Of a stretch of DNA of 64,000 nt, positions 12,716-23,822 are shown one piece after another (within the stretch, counting starts at the first letter, position 1; every line of letters starts with the position of its first letter). A program made the translations under genes and the position numbers. The stretch lies in assembly GCF_044704955.1 (NCBI RefSeq), contig NC_092003.1, positions 3,782,001 to 3,846,000 of the forward strand, read 5' to 3'. The notes beneath the pieces are model-generated. The model was not told where the DNA came from and made no database searches. It saw nothing but the letters and a program-made list of their open reading frames with translations. This DNA is from Pristiophorus japonicus (Eukaryota).

Positions 12716-14460
12716 ACAGCACAGGAGGATCCCATCGAGCCCGTGCTGTGCCGGCTCTGTGACAGAGCGATCCAATCAGTCCCACTCCCCCCGCTGCTCT
12801 TTCCCCACAGCCCCGGGCACATTTCTCCTGTCCCAGTATTGATCCAATTCCCGGTTTGAAAATCACGATTGAATCTGCTCCCACCGCCCTTTCAGGCAGC
12901 GCGTTCCCGATCACAACAACTCGCTGCGTAAAAACATTCTCCTCGTCTCCCCCTCTGGTTCCATCGCCGATTATCGTCAATCCGTGTCCCTCTGGTTACC
13001 ATAAGAAATAGGAGCAGGAGTCGGCCATTCGGCCCCTCGAGCCTGCTCCGCCATTCAATAAGTTTGCGGCTGATCTGATCCTGGCCTCAACTCCACTTCC
13101 CCGCCCGCTCCCCATAACCCTCGACTCCCTTATCGCTCAAAAATTTACCTTATCACCACCTTTAAATATATTCACTGACCCAGCCTCCACAGCTCTCTGG
13201 GGCAGAGAATTCCACAGATTCACGAGGAGAAATTCCTCCTCATCGCTGACTTAAACGGGCGGCCCCTGATTCTGAGACCGTGCCCCCTAGTTCTAGATTC
13301 CCCCACGAGGGGAAACCTCCTCTCTGCATCTACCCAGTCAGGACCCTTCCCGCCAATGGGAACAGTTTCTCCCGATCTATTCTACCCGAACCGTTCATGA
13401 TTTTGAACACCTCGACCAAACTTCCTCTCAACCTTCTCTGCTCCAAAGACAACCACCCCAGCCTCTCCACGTTGCCCTCTGGTTTGTACTGATCACTTCC
13501 GGGATCAGCTCCCTGTATGTAGAAAGCAGCCCCAGTCAAACTCGGAGCCCAGAAGCTCGCACTCGGAGTGGAGAGAGCCTCGTCACAGTCTCAGAACGAG
13601 GGCTCGGCCATTTAGGACTGAGGTGAGGAGGAATTTCTTCACTCAGAGGGTGGTGAATCTTTGGAATTCTCTGCCCCAGGGGGCTGTGGAAGTTCTGCTA
13701 AGTCGCAACAAGACAGCGCTCGATAGATTTTTTGGATATTAAGGGAATCAAGGGAAATGGGGACAGTGCAGGAAAGTGGGGTTGAGGTCGAAGATCAGCC
13801 GTGATCCCATTGGATGGCGGAGCAGGCTCGAGGGGCCGAATGGTCGACTCCTGTTCCTAATTCTTACACGAACAGCAGAGCTTTGCGACAGCAATCGGCG
13901 GAGAAACTGGAGAAGCTGGGGCTGTTCTCCCTGGAGCAGAGGAGATTGACCAGAATGGTCCGCAGGATAGCAACATAGAAATTTGCAGCGCAGGAGGGGG
14001 CTGTTTCGGCCCATCGTTGAGGGGCTTCAGTGAGGTGGTGAGACTGGAGAAGCCGGGGTTGGAGCAGAGAAGGTTAAGGGGGAGATTTGATCGAGGTGTT
14101 CACAATCACGGGGGGGGGGGTTCTGATGGAGTAAATGAGGAGGGACTGTTCCCGGGGGCAGGAGGGCCGGTAACCAGAGGGACACGGATTGACGATAATC
14201 GGCGATGGAACCAGAGGGGGAGACGAGGAGAATGTTTTTACGCAGCGAGTTATTGTGATCGGGAACGCGCTGCCTGAAAGGGCGGTGGGAGCAGGTTCAA
14301 TCGTGACTTTCAAACCGGGAATTGGATCAATACTGGGACAGGAGAAATGTGCCCGGGCTGTGGGGAAAGAGCAGGGGGGGAGTGGGACTGATTGGATCGC
14401 TCTGTCACAGAGCCGGCACAGCACGGGCTCGAGGGGCCCAGTGGGATGCTCCTGTGAGCT
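12716..14460. mobile_element. Cluster of CR1 3' fragments in both orientations, including a ~265-bp inverted pair (12735-13000 / 14169-14432)
   Basis: CR1 motifs (FTQRVV..WN/GNALPE, SLEQRRLRG) and 3' UTR GGCCATTCGGCCCCTCGAGCCTGCTCCGCC. The two arms are reverse complements. Confidence 0.85.
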
Positions 14461-14509
14461 TCTATGATCAGTATAGCTGTGCAAGAGTGTCCTGCTCAGC
14501 CTCTCTCTC

Positions 14510-15112
14510 GCTCTCGGGGAGGTGAGCTGTTCCTTGCTCTCGGGGAGGTGAGCTGTTCCTTGCTCTCGGGGAGCTGAGCTGTTCCTTGCTCTCGGGGAGG
14601 TGAGCTGTTCCTTGCTCTCGGGGAGGTGAGCTGTTCCTTGCTCTCGGGGAGGTGAGCTGTTCCTTGCTCTCGGGGAGGTGAGCTGTTCCTTGCTCTCGGG
14701 GAGGTGAGCTGTTCCTTGCTCTCGGGGAGGTGAGCTGTTCCTTGCTCTCGGGGAGCTGAGCTGTTCCTTGCTCTCGGGGAGCTGAGCTGTTCCTTGCTCT
14801 CGGGGAGCTGAGCTGTTCCTTGCTCTCGGGGAGGTGAGCTGTTCCTTGCTCTCGGGGAGCTGAGCTGTTCCTTGCTCTCGGGGAGCTGAGCTGTTCCTTG
14901 CTCTCGGGGAGCTGAGCTGTTCCTTGCTCTCGGGGAGGTGAGCTGTTCCTTGCTCTCGGGGAGGTGAGCTGTTCCTTGCTCTCGGGGAGGTGAGCTGTTC
15001 CTTGCTCTCGGGGAGCTGAGCTGTTCCTTGCTCTCGGGGAGGTGAGCTGTTCCTTGCTCTCGGGGAGGTGAGCTGTTCCTTGCTCTCGGGGAGGTGAGCT
15101 GTTACTTGCTCT
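14510..15112. repeat. 26-bp minisatellite (CTCTCGGGGAG[G/C]TGAGCTGTTCCTTG)n, ~23 copies
   Basis: Direct tandem repeat with two interspersed variants. Confidence 0.95.
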
Positions 15113-15174
15113 GAGCGGCGTGGTGTCTGAGGGGGAGGTGAAGGAAGCTTAAAAAGGGCCGATAAAACAAGCAG

Positions 15175-15470
15175 TAAACTTGCATTTATATAGCCTCTTT
15201 CCCCCACCTCAAGCGCTTCTCGGCCAATGAAGTACTTTTGGAGTGTGCTCACTGTTGTAATGTGGGAAACGCCAATTTGCGCACAGCAAGCTCCCACACA
15301 CAGCGATGTGATAATGACCCAGATCATCTGTTTTAGTGATGTTGGTCGAGGGATAAATATTGGCCCCAGGACACCGGGGAGAACTCCCCCTGCTCTTCTT
15401 CCAATAGTGGCCCCGGGATCTTGTACATCCACCCGAGGGGGCAGACGGGGCCTCGGTTTAACGTCTCATG
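15175..15470 (-). mobile_element. DeuSINE 3' fragment
   Basis: Same body and tail sequence as the other SINE copies. Confidence 0.8.
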
Positions 15471-15675
15471 TAGAACGATGTACATCCATTTCCCCCGTCC
15501 CCCGCTTCTCTGAAATACTAGCCACAGCCCTCCGAGGAAGGGCAAAACGTTCTGCTGGTGGAGGAGGGGGAAGTTCGGACGGAGAATTGGACGCGACACC
15601 AGGGGATAGGAGGGGGAATCAGTCGGTCCATTGGATAGAGCCCCCCTCACCCCCCCGCCCTGTGTCCTCGGCCCC

Positions 15676-15762
15676 TCAGCCCACGACCAGCCCCTCGCTG
15701 ACCGGCATGTTGATATGAGCGGTCAGTATTGGCGTTCTTCTTCCCACACGCAGCACGAACAC
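15676..15762 (-). CDS. BBS1: BBS1 terminal coding exon (VFVLRVGRRTPILTAHINMPVSEGLVVG*)
   Basis: Matches the BBS1 C-terminus (human ...LLSAHVNMPGSEGL...). Acceptor TTTTCCAG; TGA at 15678-15676; 87 bp. Not present in the ORF track. Confidence 0.92.
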   Translation of the reverse strand: MFVLRVGRRTPILTAHINMPVSEGLVVG

Positions 15763-16019
15763 CTGGAAAACACAAAGCAATGCCCGGGGATCAGCCACCA
15801 TTATACTCGCCGCCCCCCTCCTTCACACAGCACCGGGGGGGGAGCTTTAAACTGTTCTCCACCACCCCCGGCACCCCTCATCGCTCCCGGCACCCCTCAT
15901 CGCTCCCGGCACCCCTCATCGCTCCCCCCCACCCCCCACCACTCCCCACACTGGTGGGAGAGACAATCACACGTTGACACCGGGGGGCCAACCAATGGTT
16001 TCAAACCCCCGCAACGCCA

Positions 16020-17300
16020 CCATTTTAAAATTCTCCATCCTCCTCCAGCCCCACACCCCTCCCTATCTCTGTAACCTCCTCCAGCCCCACACCCCTCCCT
16101 ATCTCTGTAACCTCCTCCAGCCCTTACACCCCTCCCTATCTCTGTAACCTCCTCCAGTCCCTACACCCCTCCCTATCTCTGTAACCTCCTCCAGCCCTTA
16201 CACCCCTCCCTATCTCTGTAACCTCCTCCAGTCCCTACACCCCTCCCTATCTCTGTAACCTCCTCCAGCCCTTACACCCCTCCCTGTCTCTGTAACCTCC
16301 TCCAGCCCTTACACCCCTCCCTGTCTCTGTAACCTCCTCCAGTCCCTACACCCCTCCCTATCTCTGTAACCTCCTCCAGCCCCTACACCCCTCCCTGTCT
16401 CTGTAACCTCCTCCAGCCCCTACACCCCTCCCTATCTCTGTAACCACCTCCAGCCCCTACACCCCTCCCTATCTCTGTAAACTCCTCCAGCCCTTACACC
16501 CCTTCCTGTCTCTGTAACCTCCTCCAGCCCCTACACCCCTCCCTATCTCTGTAACCACCTCCAGCCCCTACACCCCTCCCTATCTCTGTAACCTCCTCCA
16601 GCCCCTACACCCCTCCCTATCTCTGTAACCACCTCCAGCCTCTACACCCCTCCCTATCTCTGTAACCCCCTCCAGCCCCTACACCCCTCCCTATCTCTGT
16701 AACCCCCACCAGCCCCTAAAATCCTCCCTATCTCTGTAACCCCCTCCAGCCTCTACACCCCTCCCTATCTCTGTAACCTCCTCCAGCCCCTACACCCCTC
16801 CCTATCTCTGTAACCCCCTCCAGCCCCTACACCCCTCCCTATCTCTGTAACCTCCTCCAGCCCCTACACCCCTCCCTATCGCTGTAACCTCCTCCAGCCC
16901 CTAAAATCCTCCCTATCTCTGTAACCCCCTCCAGCCCCTAAAACCCTCCCTATCTCTGTAGCCCCCTCCAGTCCCTTAACCCCTCCCTTTCTCTGTAACC
17001 TCCTACAACCCTCCGAGATCTCTGCGCTCCCCCAATTCTGGCTCTTGCCCATCCCCCAATTCCCATCGCTCCACCATCGGTGGCCGTGCCGTCTGTTGCC
17101 TGGGCCCCAAGCTCTGGAACTCCCTCCCTAAACCTCTCCGCCTCTCTCTCCTCCTTTAAGGCGCTCCTTAAAACCGACCTCTCCGACCCAGCTTTTGGTC
17201 GCCTGTCCCAGTATCACTTTATGCGACCCGGTGTCGAAGTCTGCTTAATAATCGCTCCTGTGAAGCTCCTTGGGATGTCTTACGACACTAAGTGCATTAA
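16020..17300 (+). mobile_element. L2-type LINE 3' fragment with internal ~37-bp minisatellite (CTCCAGCCCCTACACCCCTCCCTATCTCTGTAACCTC)n at ~16040-17000
   Basis: L2-like flanks (FKIL..., IGGRA..., PKLWNSLP, SSFKALLKT); tandem array in the middle. Confidence 0.8.
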
Positions 17301-17687
17301 AGGTGCACAGCTCCTCACCAACGGCAGGGCCCCAGGCAGCGGCAGATGCTGCACGAAGGCCCGCGCACCGATCATGTCCGGTAAGCAGTGCGAGTGGAGT
17401 TAGCTGAGCTCAAGTCAGGGGAGCAGCAGGTCCGCGGTTGACAACAGCGACCAGTGACCCCGGCTGGGCGAGTCGGGGGTTCGGGCTTGGCTACGACGCC
17501 CTACCCAGTCAAATAGCCCACCTACTGGGGTTCGGGCAGGAAGAATGACGGCCGGGCGTGGGAGTGCAGGAGACCATCCCGCCCCTCCCCAGCGACATCG
17601 CCCCCCCTCCCCCCTTCGAGGGGGCGGGATGAAGGGGACACTGTGGAAGCTCGGCAACAATGACACTGAAGGGCGCTGCGACCTTAC

Positions 17688-17774
17688 CTTGATGGTGTCG
17701 GAGAAGCCTCGGTCACTCAAACACTGCACGAACGTCTCGATGGGATAGGTCAGGCCAGGCACCAGCATGGGGAC
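17688..17774 (-). CDS. BBS1: BBS1 penultimate coding exon (VPMLVPGLTYPIETFVQCLSDRGFSDTIK)
   Basis: Homologous to human [35 protein letters not shown] acceptor, GTAAGG donor; 87 bp, phase 0/0. Confidence 0.95.
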
Positions 17775-17939
17775 CTGCAACACCAGATTCACAACCCGTT
17801 ACACACGGCAGCTGCTGCCCATTCAGTCTGCCCACAGTTTGGGGGAAATACTTCTCTCCAGGGCCGCAGTACGTCCCACATCGCCATTCCTCACGTGCGC
17901 GCGCGTGCCCTGTGTGTCCCCACATGGCCATTCTACGAG

Positions 17940-19240
17940 GGAAGTACTGAGGGAGTGCCGCACTGTCGGAGGGGCGGTACTGAGGGAGCGCCGCACTGTC
18001 GGAGGGGCAGTACTGAGGGAGCGCCGCACTGTCGGAGGGGCAGTACTGAGGGAGCGCCGCACTGTCGGAGGGGCGGTACTGAGGGAGCGCCGCACTGTCG
18101 GAGGGGCAGTACTGAGGGAGCGCCGCACTGTCGGAGGGGCAGTACTGAGGGAGCGCCGCACTGTCGGAGGGGCAGTACTGAGGGAGCGCCGCACTGTCGG
18201 AGGGACAGTACTGAGGGAGCGCCGCACTGTCGGAGGGGCGGTACTGAGGGAGCGCCGCACTGTCGGAGGGGCAGTACTGAGGGAGTGCCGCACTGTCGGA
18301 GAGGCAGTACTGAGGGAGCGCCACACTGTCGGAGGGGCAGTACTGAGGGAGCGCCGCACTGTCGGAGGGGCAGTACTGAAGGAGCGCCGCACTGTCAGAG
18401 GGGCAGTACTGAGGGAGCGCCGCACTGTCGGAGGGGCAGTACTGAGGGAGCACCACACTGTCAGAGGGGCAGTACTGAGGGAGCGCCGCACTGTCGGAGG
18501 GGCAGTACTGAGGGAGTGCTGCACTGTCGGAGGGGCAGTACTGAGGGAGCGCCGCACTGTCAGAGGGGCAGTACTGAGGGAGCGCCGCACTGTCGGAGGG
18601 GCAGTACTGAGGGAGCACCACACTGTCAGAGGGGCAGTACTGAGGGAGTGCTGCACTGTCAGAGGGGCAGTACTGAGGGAGCGCCGCACTGTCGGAGGGG
18701 CAGTACTGAGGGAGCGCCGCACTGTCAGAGGGGCAGTACTGAGGGAGCGCCGCACTGTCGGAGGGGCAGTACTGAGGGAGCACCACACTGTCAGAGGGGC
18801 AGTACTGAGGGAGTGCTGCACTGTCGGAGGGGCAGTACTGAGGGAGTGCTGCACTGTCGGAGGGGCAGTACTGAGGGAGCACCACACTGTCAGAGGGGCA
18901 GTACTGAGGGAGTGCTGCACTGTCGGAGGGGCAGTACTGAGGGAGTGCTGCACTGTAGGAGGAACCGTCTTTTGGGATGAGGCCCCGTCTGCTCTCTCGG
19001 GTAAAAGATCCCACGACCACTATTGGAAGAAGAGCAGGGGAGTTCTCCCCGGTGTCCTGGGCCCAATATTTATCCCTCGACCAACATCACTAAAGCAGAT
19101 TGTCTGGGTCATTATCACATTGCTGTGTGTGGGAGCTTGCTGTGTGCACACTGGCATTTCCCACATTACAACCTCGAAAATTGGCTGTGAGGTGCTTTGT
19201 GACGTGCTGATGTGATGAAAGGCGACATTGCAGTGCAAGA
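17940..19240 (+). mobile_element. DeuSINE with ~31-copy 33-bp minisatellite (17942-18960)
   Basis: Array followed by SINE body and tail in + orientation. Confidence 0.85.
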
Positions 19241-19267
19241 TTTTCGTCTCTTTGTATTCAGGGGCAT

Positions 19268-21660
19268 AAAGTGAGAAGATTAACAAAAAAACCCCCGAGA
19301 GGCGAGGAATTAAGTGTTCAGCACCTTCAAATGGCCCAGATTAAGGGGGTGAAGAATCCACTGACGTGCAGGAACTCTCAGTGTGAGTGCGAAGTGTAAC
19401 GGTAGGAAGTCAGAGTCCAATTGCTAATGAGTGGCGACACATATCCAGATCGCTCCTTCCCAACCTGCTGATCTCATCCCGGGACAAACATCTGGATGAC
19501 TACACTTGACCTCAGTACCCTTCAGCATGTAAGTTCCTGCCCCGCCCCATTCCCCTCCCCCAGTCGCTCTGCAATCACCCTTGGCGGACAGGATCCACTT
19601 CAGGCTCGGCCCTGCAATCTCCCGGTGAAATAACCCTCCAACGCACTGTTGCCAATTTTTGCCGGGAGGCTGCCCTTCTTTCTGGGGTGTGGTAACTTGG
19701 TCGGGATTTTGCACCCCGCTTGCATCTCGCCACTGCCCATTTGAGGGGTGGGGTGCGTGGGAAATGAGGCTACGCTGTGGATAAGTCAGCCGTCTGCTGT
19801 TTTGCTTCCCTCCCGCCAGTCCGTTCCTTCGTCAGCCCTGTCTCACTGGGAGGGACTCACACCTCCGAGTCAGAAGGTCGCGGGTAAGGGTCTCTGCTCC
19901 ACAGACACAAGCCCCATAATCTAGGCCAATATTGTGGGAGGGGCCGTACTGAAGGAGCACCGCACTGTCGGAGGGGCAGTACTGAGGGAGTGTCGGAGGG
20001 GCGGTACTGAGGGAGCACCGCACTGTCGGAGGGGCAGTACTGAGGGAGCACCGCACTGTCGGAGGGGCAGTACTAAGGGAGCGCCGCACTGTCGGAGGGG
20101 CAGTACTGAGGGAGCACCGCACTGTCGGAGGGGCAGTACTGAGGGAGCACCGCACTGTCGGAGGGGCAGTACTGAGGGAGCACCGCACTGTCGGAGGGGC
20201 GGTACTGAGGGAGCACCGCACTGTCGGAGGGGCGGTACTGAGGGAGCGCCGCACTGTCGGAGGGGCGGTACTGAGGGAGCGCTGCACTGTCGGAGGGACG
20301 GTACTGAGGGAGCGCCGCATTGTCAGAGGGGCGGTACTGAGGGAGCGCCGCATTGTCGGAGGGGCGGTACTGAGGGAGCGCTGCACTGTCGGAGGGGCGG
20401 TACTGAGGGAGCGCCGCATTGTCGGAGGGGCGGTACTGAGGGAGCGCCGCATTGTCGGAGGGGCGGTACTGAGGGAGCGCCGCATTGTCGGAGGGGCAGT
20501 ACTGAGGGAGTGACTGTCGGAGGGGCAGTACTGAGGGAGCACCGCATTGTCGGAGGGGCGGTACTGAGGGAGCGCCGCATTGTCGGAGGGGCAGTACTGA
20601 GGGAGTGACTGTCGAAGGGGCGGTACTGAGGGAGCGCCGCATTGTCGGAGGGGCGGTACTGAGGGAGCGCCGCACTGTCGGAGGGCCAGTACTGAGGGAG
20701 CACCGCACTGTTGGAGGGGCAGTACTGAGGGAGCACCGCACTGTCGGAGGGGCAGTACTGAGGGAGCGCCGCACTGTCGGAGGGCCAGTACTGAGGGAGC
20801 ACCGCACTGTCGGAGGGGCAGTACTGAGGGAGCACCGCATTGTCGGAGGGGCGGTACTGAGAGAGAGCCGCACTGTTGGAGGGGTGGTACTGAGGGAGTG
20901 GGGTGCACTGTCGGAGGGGCGGTACTGAGGGAGCACCGCACTGTCGGAGGGGCAGTACTGAGGGAGCGCCGCATTGTCGGAGGGGCGGTACTGAGGGAGC
21001 GCTGCACTGTCGGAGGGGCGGTACTGAGAGAGAGCCGCACTGTCGGGGGGGCGGTACTGAGGGAGCACCGCACTGTCGGAGGGGCAGTACTGAGGGAGCG
21101 CCGCACTGTCGGAGGGACAGTACTGAGGGAGCCCCGCACTGTCTGAGGGACAGTACTGAGGGAGCGGGGTGCACTGTCTGAGGGGCGGTACTGAGGGAGC
21201 CCCGCACTGTCGGAGGGGCAGTACTGAGGGAGCGCCGCACTGTCTGAGGGGCGGTACTGAGGGAGCGCCGCACTGTCGGGGGGCAGTACTGAGGGAGTGC
21301 CGCACTGTCGGAGGGGCAGTACTGAGGGAGCGCCGCACTGTCAGAGGGGCCGTCTTTCGGATGAGACATTAAACCGAGGCCCCGTCTGCCCTCTCGGGTG
21401 GATGTAAAAGATCCCGGGGCCACTATTGGAAGAAGAGCAGGGGGAGTTCTCCCCGGTGTCCTGGGGCCAATATTTATCCCTTGACCAACATCACTAAAAC
21501 TGATGATCTGGGTCATTATCACATCGCTGTGTGTGGGAGCTTGCCACGTGCAAATTAGCGTTTCCCACATTACAACAGCGACTGCACCTCGAAAATTGGC
21601 TGTGATGCGCTTTGGGATGTGCTGAAATGGTGAAAGGGGCTGTCACAATGCAAGCCTTTC
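19268..21660 (-). repeat. Inverted partial copy of the 4.1-kb repeat unit (unique part + SINE with long 33-bp array ~19945-21348), inside a BBS1 intron
   Basis: 19424..19714(-) encodes the same translation as 6..284(+), with a 12-bp indel; ~19720-19945 is the reverse complement of ~3870-4096. Confidence 0.9.
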
Positions 21661-22364
21661 GTCTATCTGTGCTTCAGTCAGTTGCTGGAGTGCACGTGTT
21701 GTCAGGTCTTTGCTGTCAGACCCAGTGTGGCTTCACACTTCCCCAATTTGCACGGCCCATGGGGCTTTTTTCTCTGTTCCTGGAAAGGTCGTTTTATTCA
21801 GCAAGCCCACTACTGCCGCAAGGCTCCCATGCAGGCCACGGGTTGCGATCGCGGACTTCACCCAAAGCATCCTGTCCTCGGGGTGCTGACTCACACTGAG
21901 GTACGGCTTTGCACACGCGTGCTTGGCTCTGCTGTGCCTCAACTCTCTCCCCCGCTCCCTCCCTCCCGCCGCCCCCATCCTCCCCCAGGAGCAGCCACGC
22001 GAAGATCCCGGACATGAGCCGACTGGCCATTCGACTGCAGCAGGAATCGCCGTCCTCTTGCTCCATGGCCCCCGGGTGGGCCGGTGGTCGCTCTGAGCAG
22101 TACCTTCCCCGCTCGGTGAAGGCTTGCCCCAACCCCCCCCCGCCCAATTCATCGCGGCGCCTCCACTTCCGCTCCCTGTGGAGTCGGAGCAGACCCCAAA
22201 CCGAATACGGGATCTTCCTGTGCCGTCTAGGGAACGGACTCGCACAGCGAGCCATCTCCCTCATCTCCTCCACCACCGCCCCGCCCGCCCCCTGCCCCCC
22301 GCCTCCCCCCCCCCCCCCCCCCCCGCCTCTAACCCAAATCACGCGCGTCCAATGAATGTCCCAC

Positions 22365-22499
22365 CTGAAAAAAGCCCCTCTTGATGGAGTAGAGAGTTTC
22401 ATCGTACAGGAAGCTGATCAGGAGGTTGATCACTGGACGGGCGGCCGACGTGTTCTGTATGTTCAGGGTCAGCTTGAACGACGGGCCAATGCCCTGGAC
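22365..22499 (-). CDS. BBS1: BBS1 coding exon ([45 protein letters not shown])
   Basis: Homologous to human VQGLGPTFKLTLHLQNTS...; CCCCAG acceptor, GTGGGA donor; 135 bp. Confidence 0.95.
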
Positions 22500-22569
22500 C
22501 TGGGGTGGAGACAGGCACAAAGGTTTCAGTAACAAACTCTTCTCAGCTCTCAAAGATCGCTTTTCCTCC

Positions 22570-22897
22570 CCAGGCCTCAACTCCAGGGTAATTCACTAGG
22601 CCTCATCTCCATGGTTACTTGCTGGGCTTCAACTCCAAGGTTACCCGCTGGGCCTCATCTCCATGGTTACCCGCTAGGCCTCAACTCCATGGTTACCCGC
22701 TAGGCCTCAACTCCATGGTTACCCGCTAGGCCTCAACTCCATGGTTACCCGCTAGGCCTCAACTCCATGGTTACCCGCTAGGCCTCAACTCCATGGTTAC
22801 CCGCTAGGCCTCAACTCCATGGTTACCCGCTAGGCCTCAACTCCATGGTTACCCGCTAGGCCTCAACTCCATGGTTACCCGCTAGGCCTCAACTCCA
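22570..22897. repeat. 26-bp minisatellite (CCATGGTTACCCGCTAGGCCTCAACT)n, ~12 copies
   Basis: Direct tandem repeat in a BBS1 intron. Confidence 0.92.
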
Positions 22898-23041
22898 AGT
22901 GCGCTGTTTCAATTGACTCTGTTTGCTGAGTGAACAGACTGATTCTATCGGACGACAGGCTTTCTCTTGCACCCAGCCCGGGAGCGGGAGATTGCGCGAC
23001 GAGAATCGCCCTCCCCGGGTCGGGGAAGGGAGAGAACTCAC

Positions 23042-23175
23042 CACTGCGTTCAGCTTCAGCGGCTCCGTGAGGTCGGCAGAGACTGGCGCCAGGCTCGCCT
23101 CGAGAGCCTTGGCGTAGGCGCGCGCCACACTGAGACGCAGCCGGTACAAATCCGTCTGGAAGGCCCGGTGCATAG
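23042..23175 (-). CDS. BBS1: BBS1 coding exon ([45 protein letters not shown])
   Basis: Conserved BBS1 [13 protein letters not shown] motif; GACAG acceptor, GTGAGT donor; 134 bp, phase 1/0, consistent with its neighbours. Confidence 0.95.
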
Positions 23176-23238
23176 CTGTCAAGAGGGGGAAGGTGGGGGA
23201 GGGAATACGACACGGTCAATGAATGGTCAACACAGTCA

Positions 23239-23532
23239 TCATCATCATCGGCGGTCCCTCGAAACGAGGCTGACTTGCTTCCATGCCAAAAAAGGACGAG
23301 TTCAATGAAGGATCCGAACTCCATCCTGAAGGGTGGAAGATGCCTGTGCGTGGATTGTTTTAACGTGGGGTGACCGTTGCACACCAGCCACCACACGGGG
23401 CTTGACAGAGCGAGGCCTTGGTCCAGTGGCCAGGGTTAACCAGGACAACTGGAGACCAGCTCTGCTGCACGGACCCAGTGCGCTCACATATCGCACAGTG
23501 TGGGCTGGGCCCGTGCTGCCCCTGGGCCCCGA
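23239..23532 (-). mobile_element. Short non-autonomous RTE-tailed element with TSD ACAGTCA; second copy ~55845-56095 (+)
   Basis: 3' tail GGAAGCAAGTCA.CCTCGTTTCGAGGGAC.GCC..(TGA)n closely resembles the RTE LINE tail in this window; direct repeat ACAGTCA at 23232-23238 and 23533-23539. Confidence 0.75.
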
Positions 23533-23822
23533 ACAGTCAGGGCATCGCTAACTCAACAACACAGCGTCGGGAGCGCGTGCAGATCGACACAGTGGCTACC
23601 GACCACACTGTGCCGGCTAACGCGTTGGAGGCGGGGCCTGGCTTGCGGCACGACTCACGGCAAACAAGTCTTACTCGACAGCAAACAGTCCACAGGGTCT
23701 ACTTAAAAAGAGTCAATACGAACTACCGCAAACAGAACCCACGCCCAACACTACAGCAAAGTCTCCCGATAAAAGCAGGGATATTTCTCCAGCTTAAGTA
23801 ATATAAATATGTGTTGTAAATT

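Noticed and set aside
14074-15432. 452-aa ORF on the - strand downstream of BBS1
   Set aside because: Composite of SINE, 26-bp minisatellite and CR1 sequence.
1-15600. ZDHHC24 or other human BBS1-neighbour genes
   Set aside because: No DHHC motif or other recognisable exon found in any frame.
17713-21570. Long ORFs of 360-540 aa (DSAALPQYCPS / VRRSLSTAPPT repeats; also 59815..61446, 7469..8149, 50209..50914)
   Set aside because: They are translations of the 33-bp SINE minisatellite. The unit length is a multiple of 3 and most frames lack stops, so overlapping ORFs appear on both strands.
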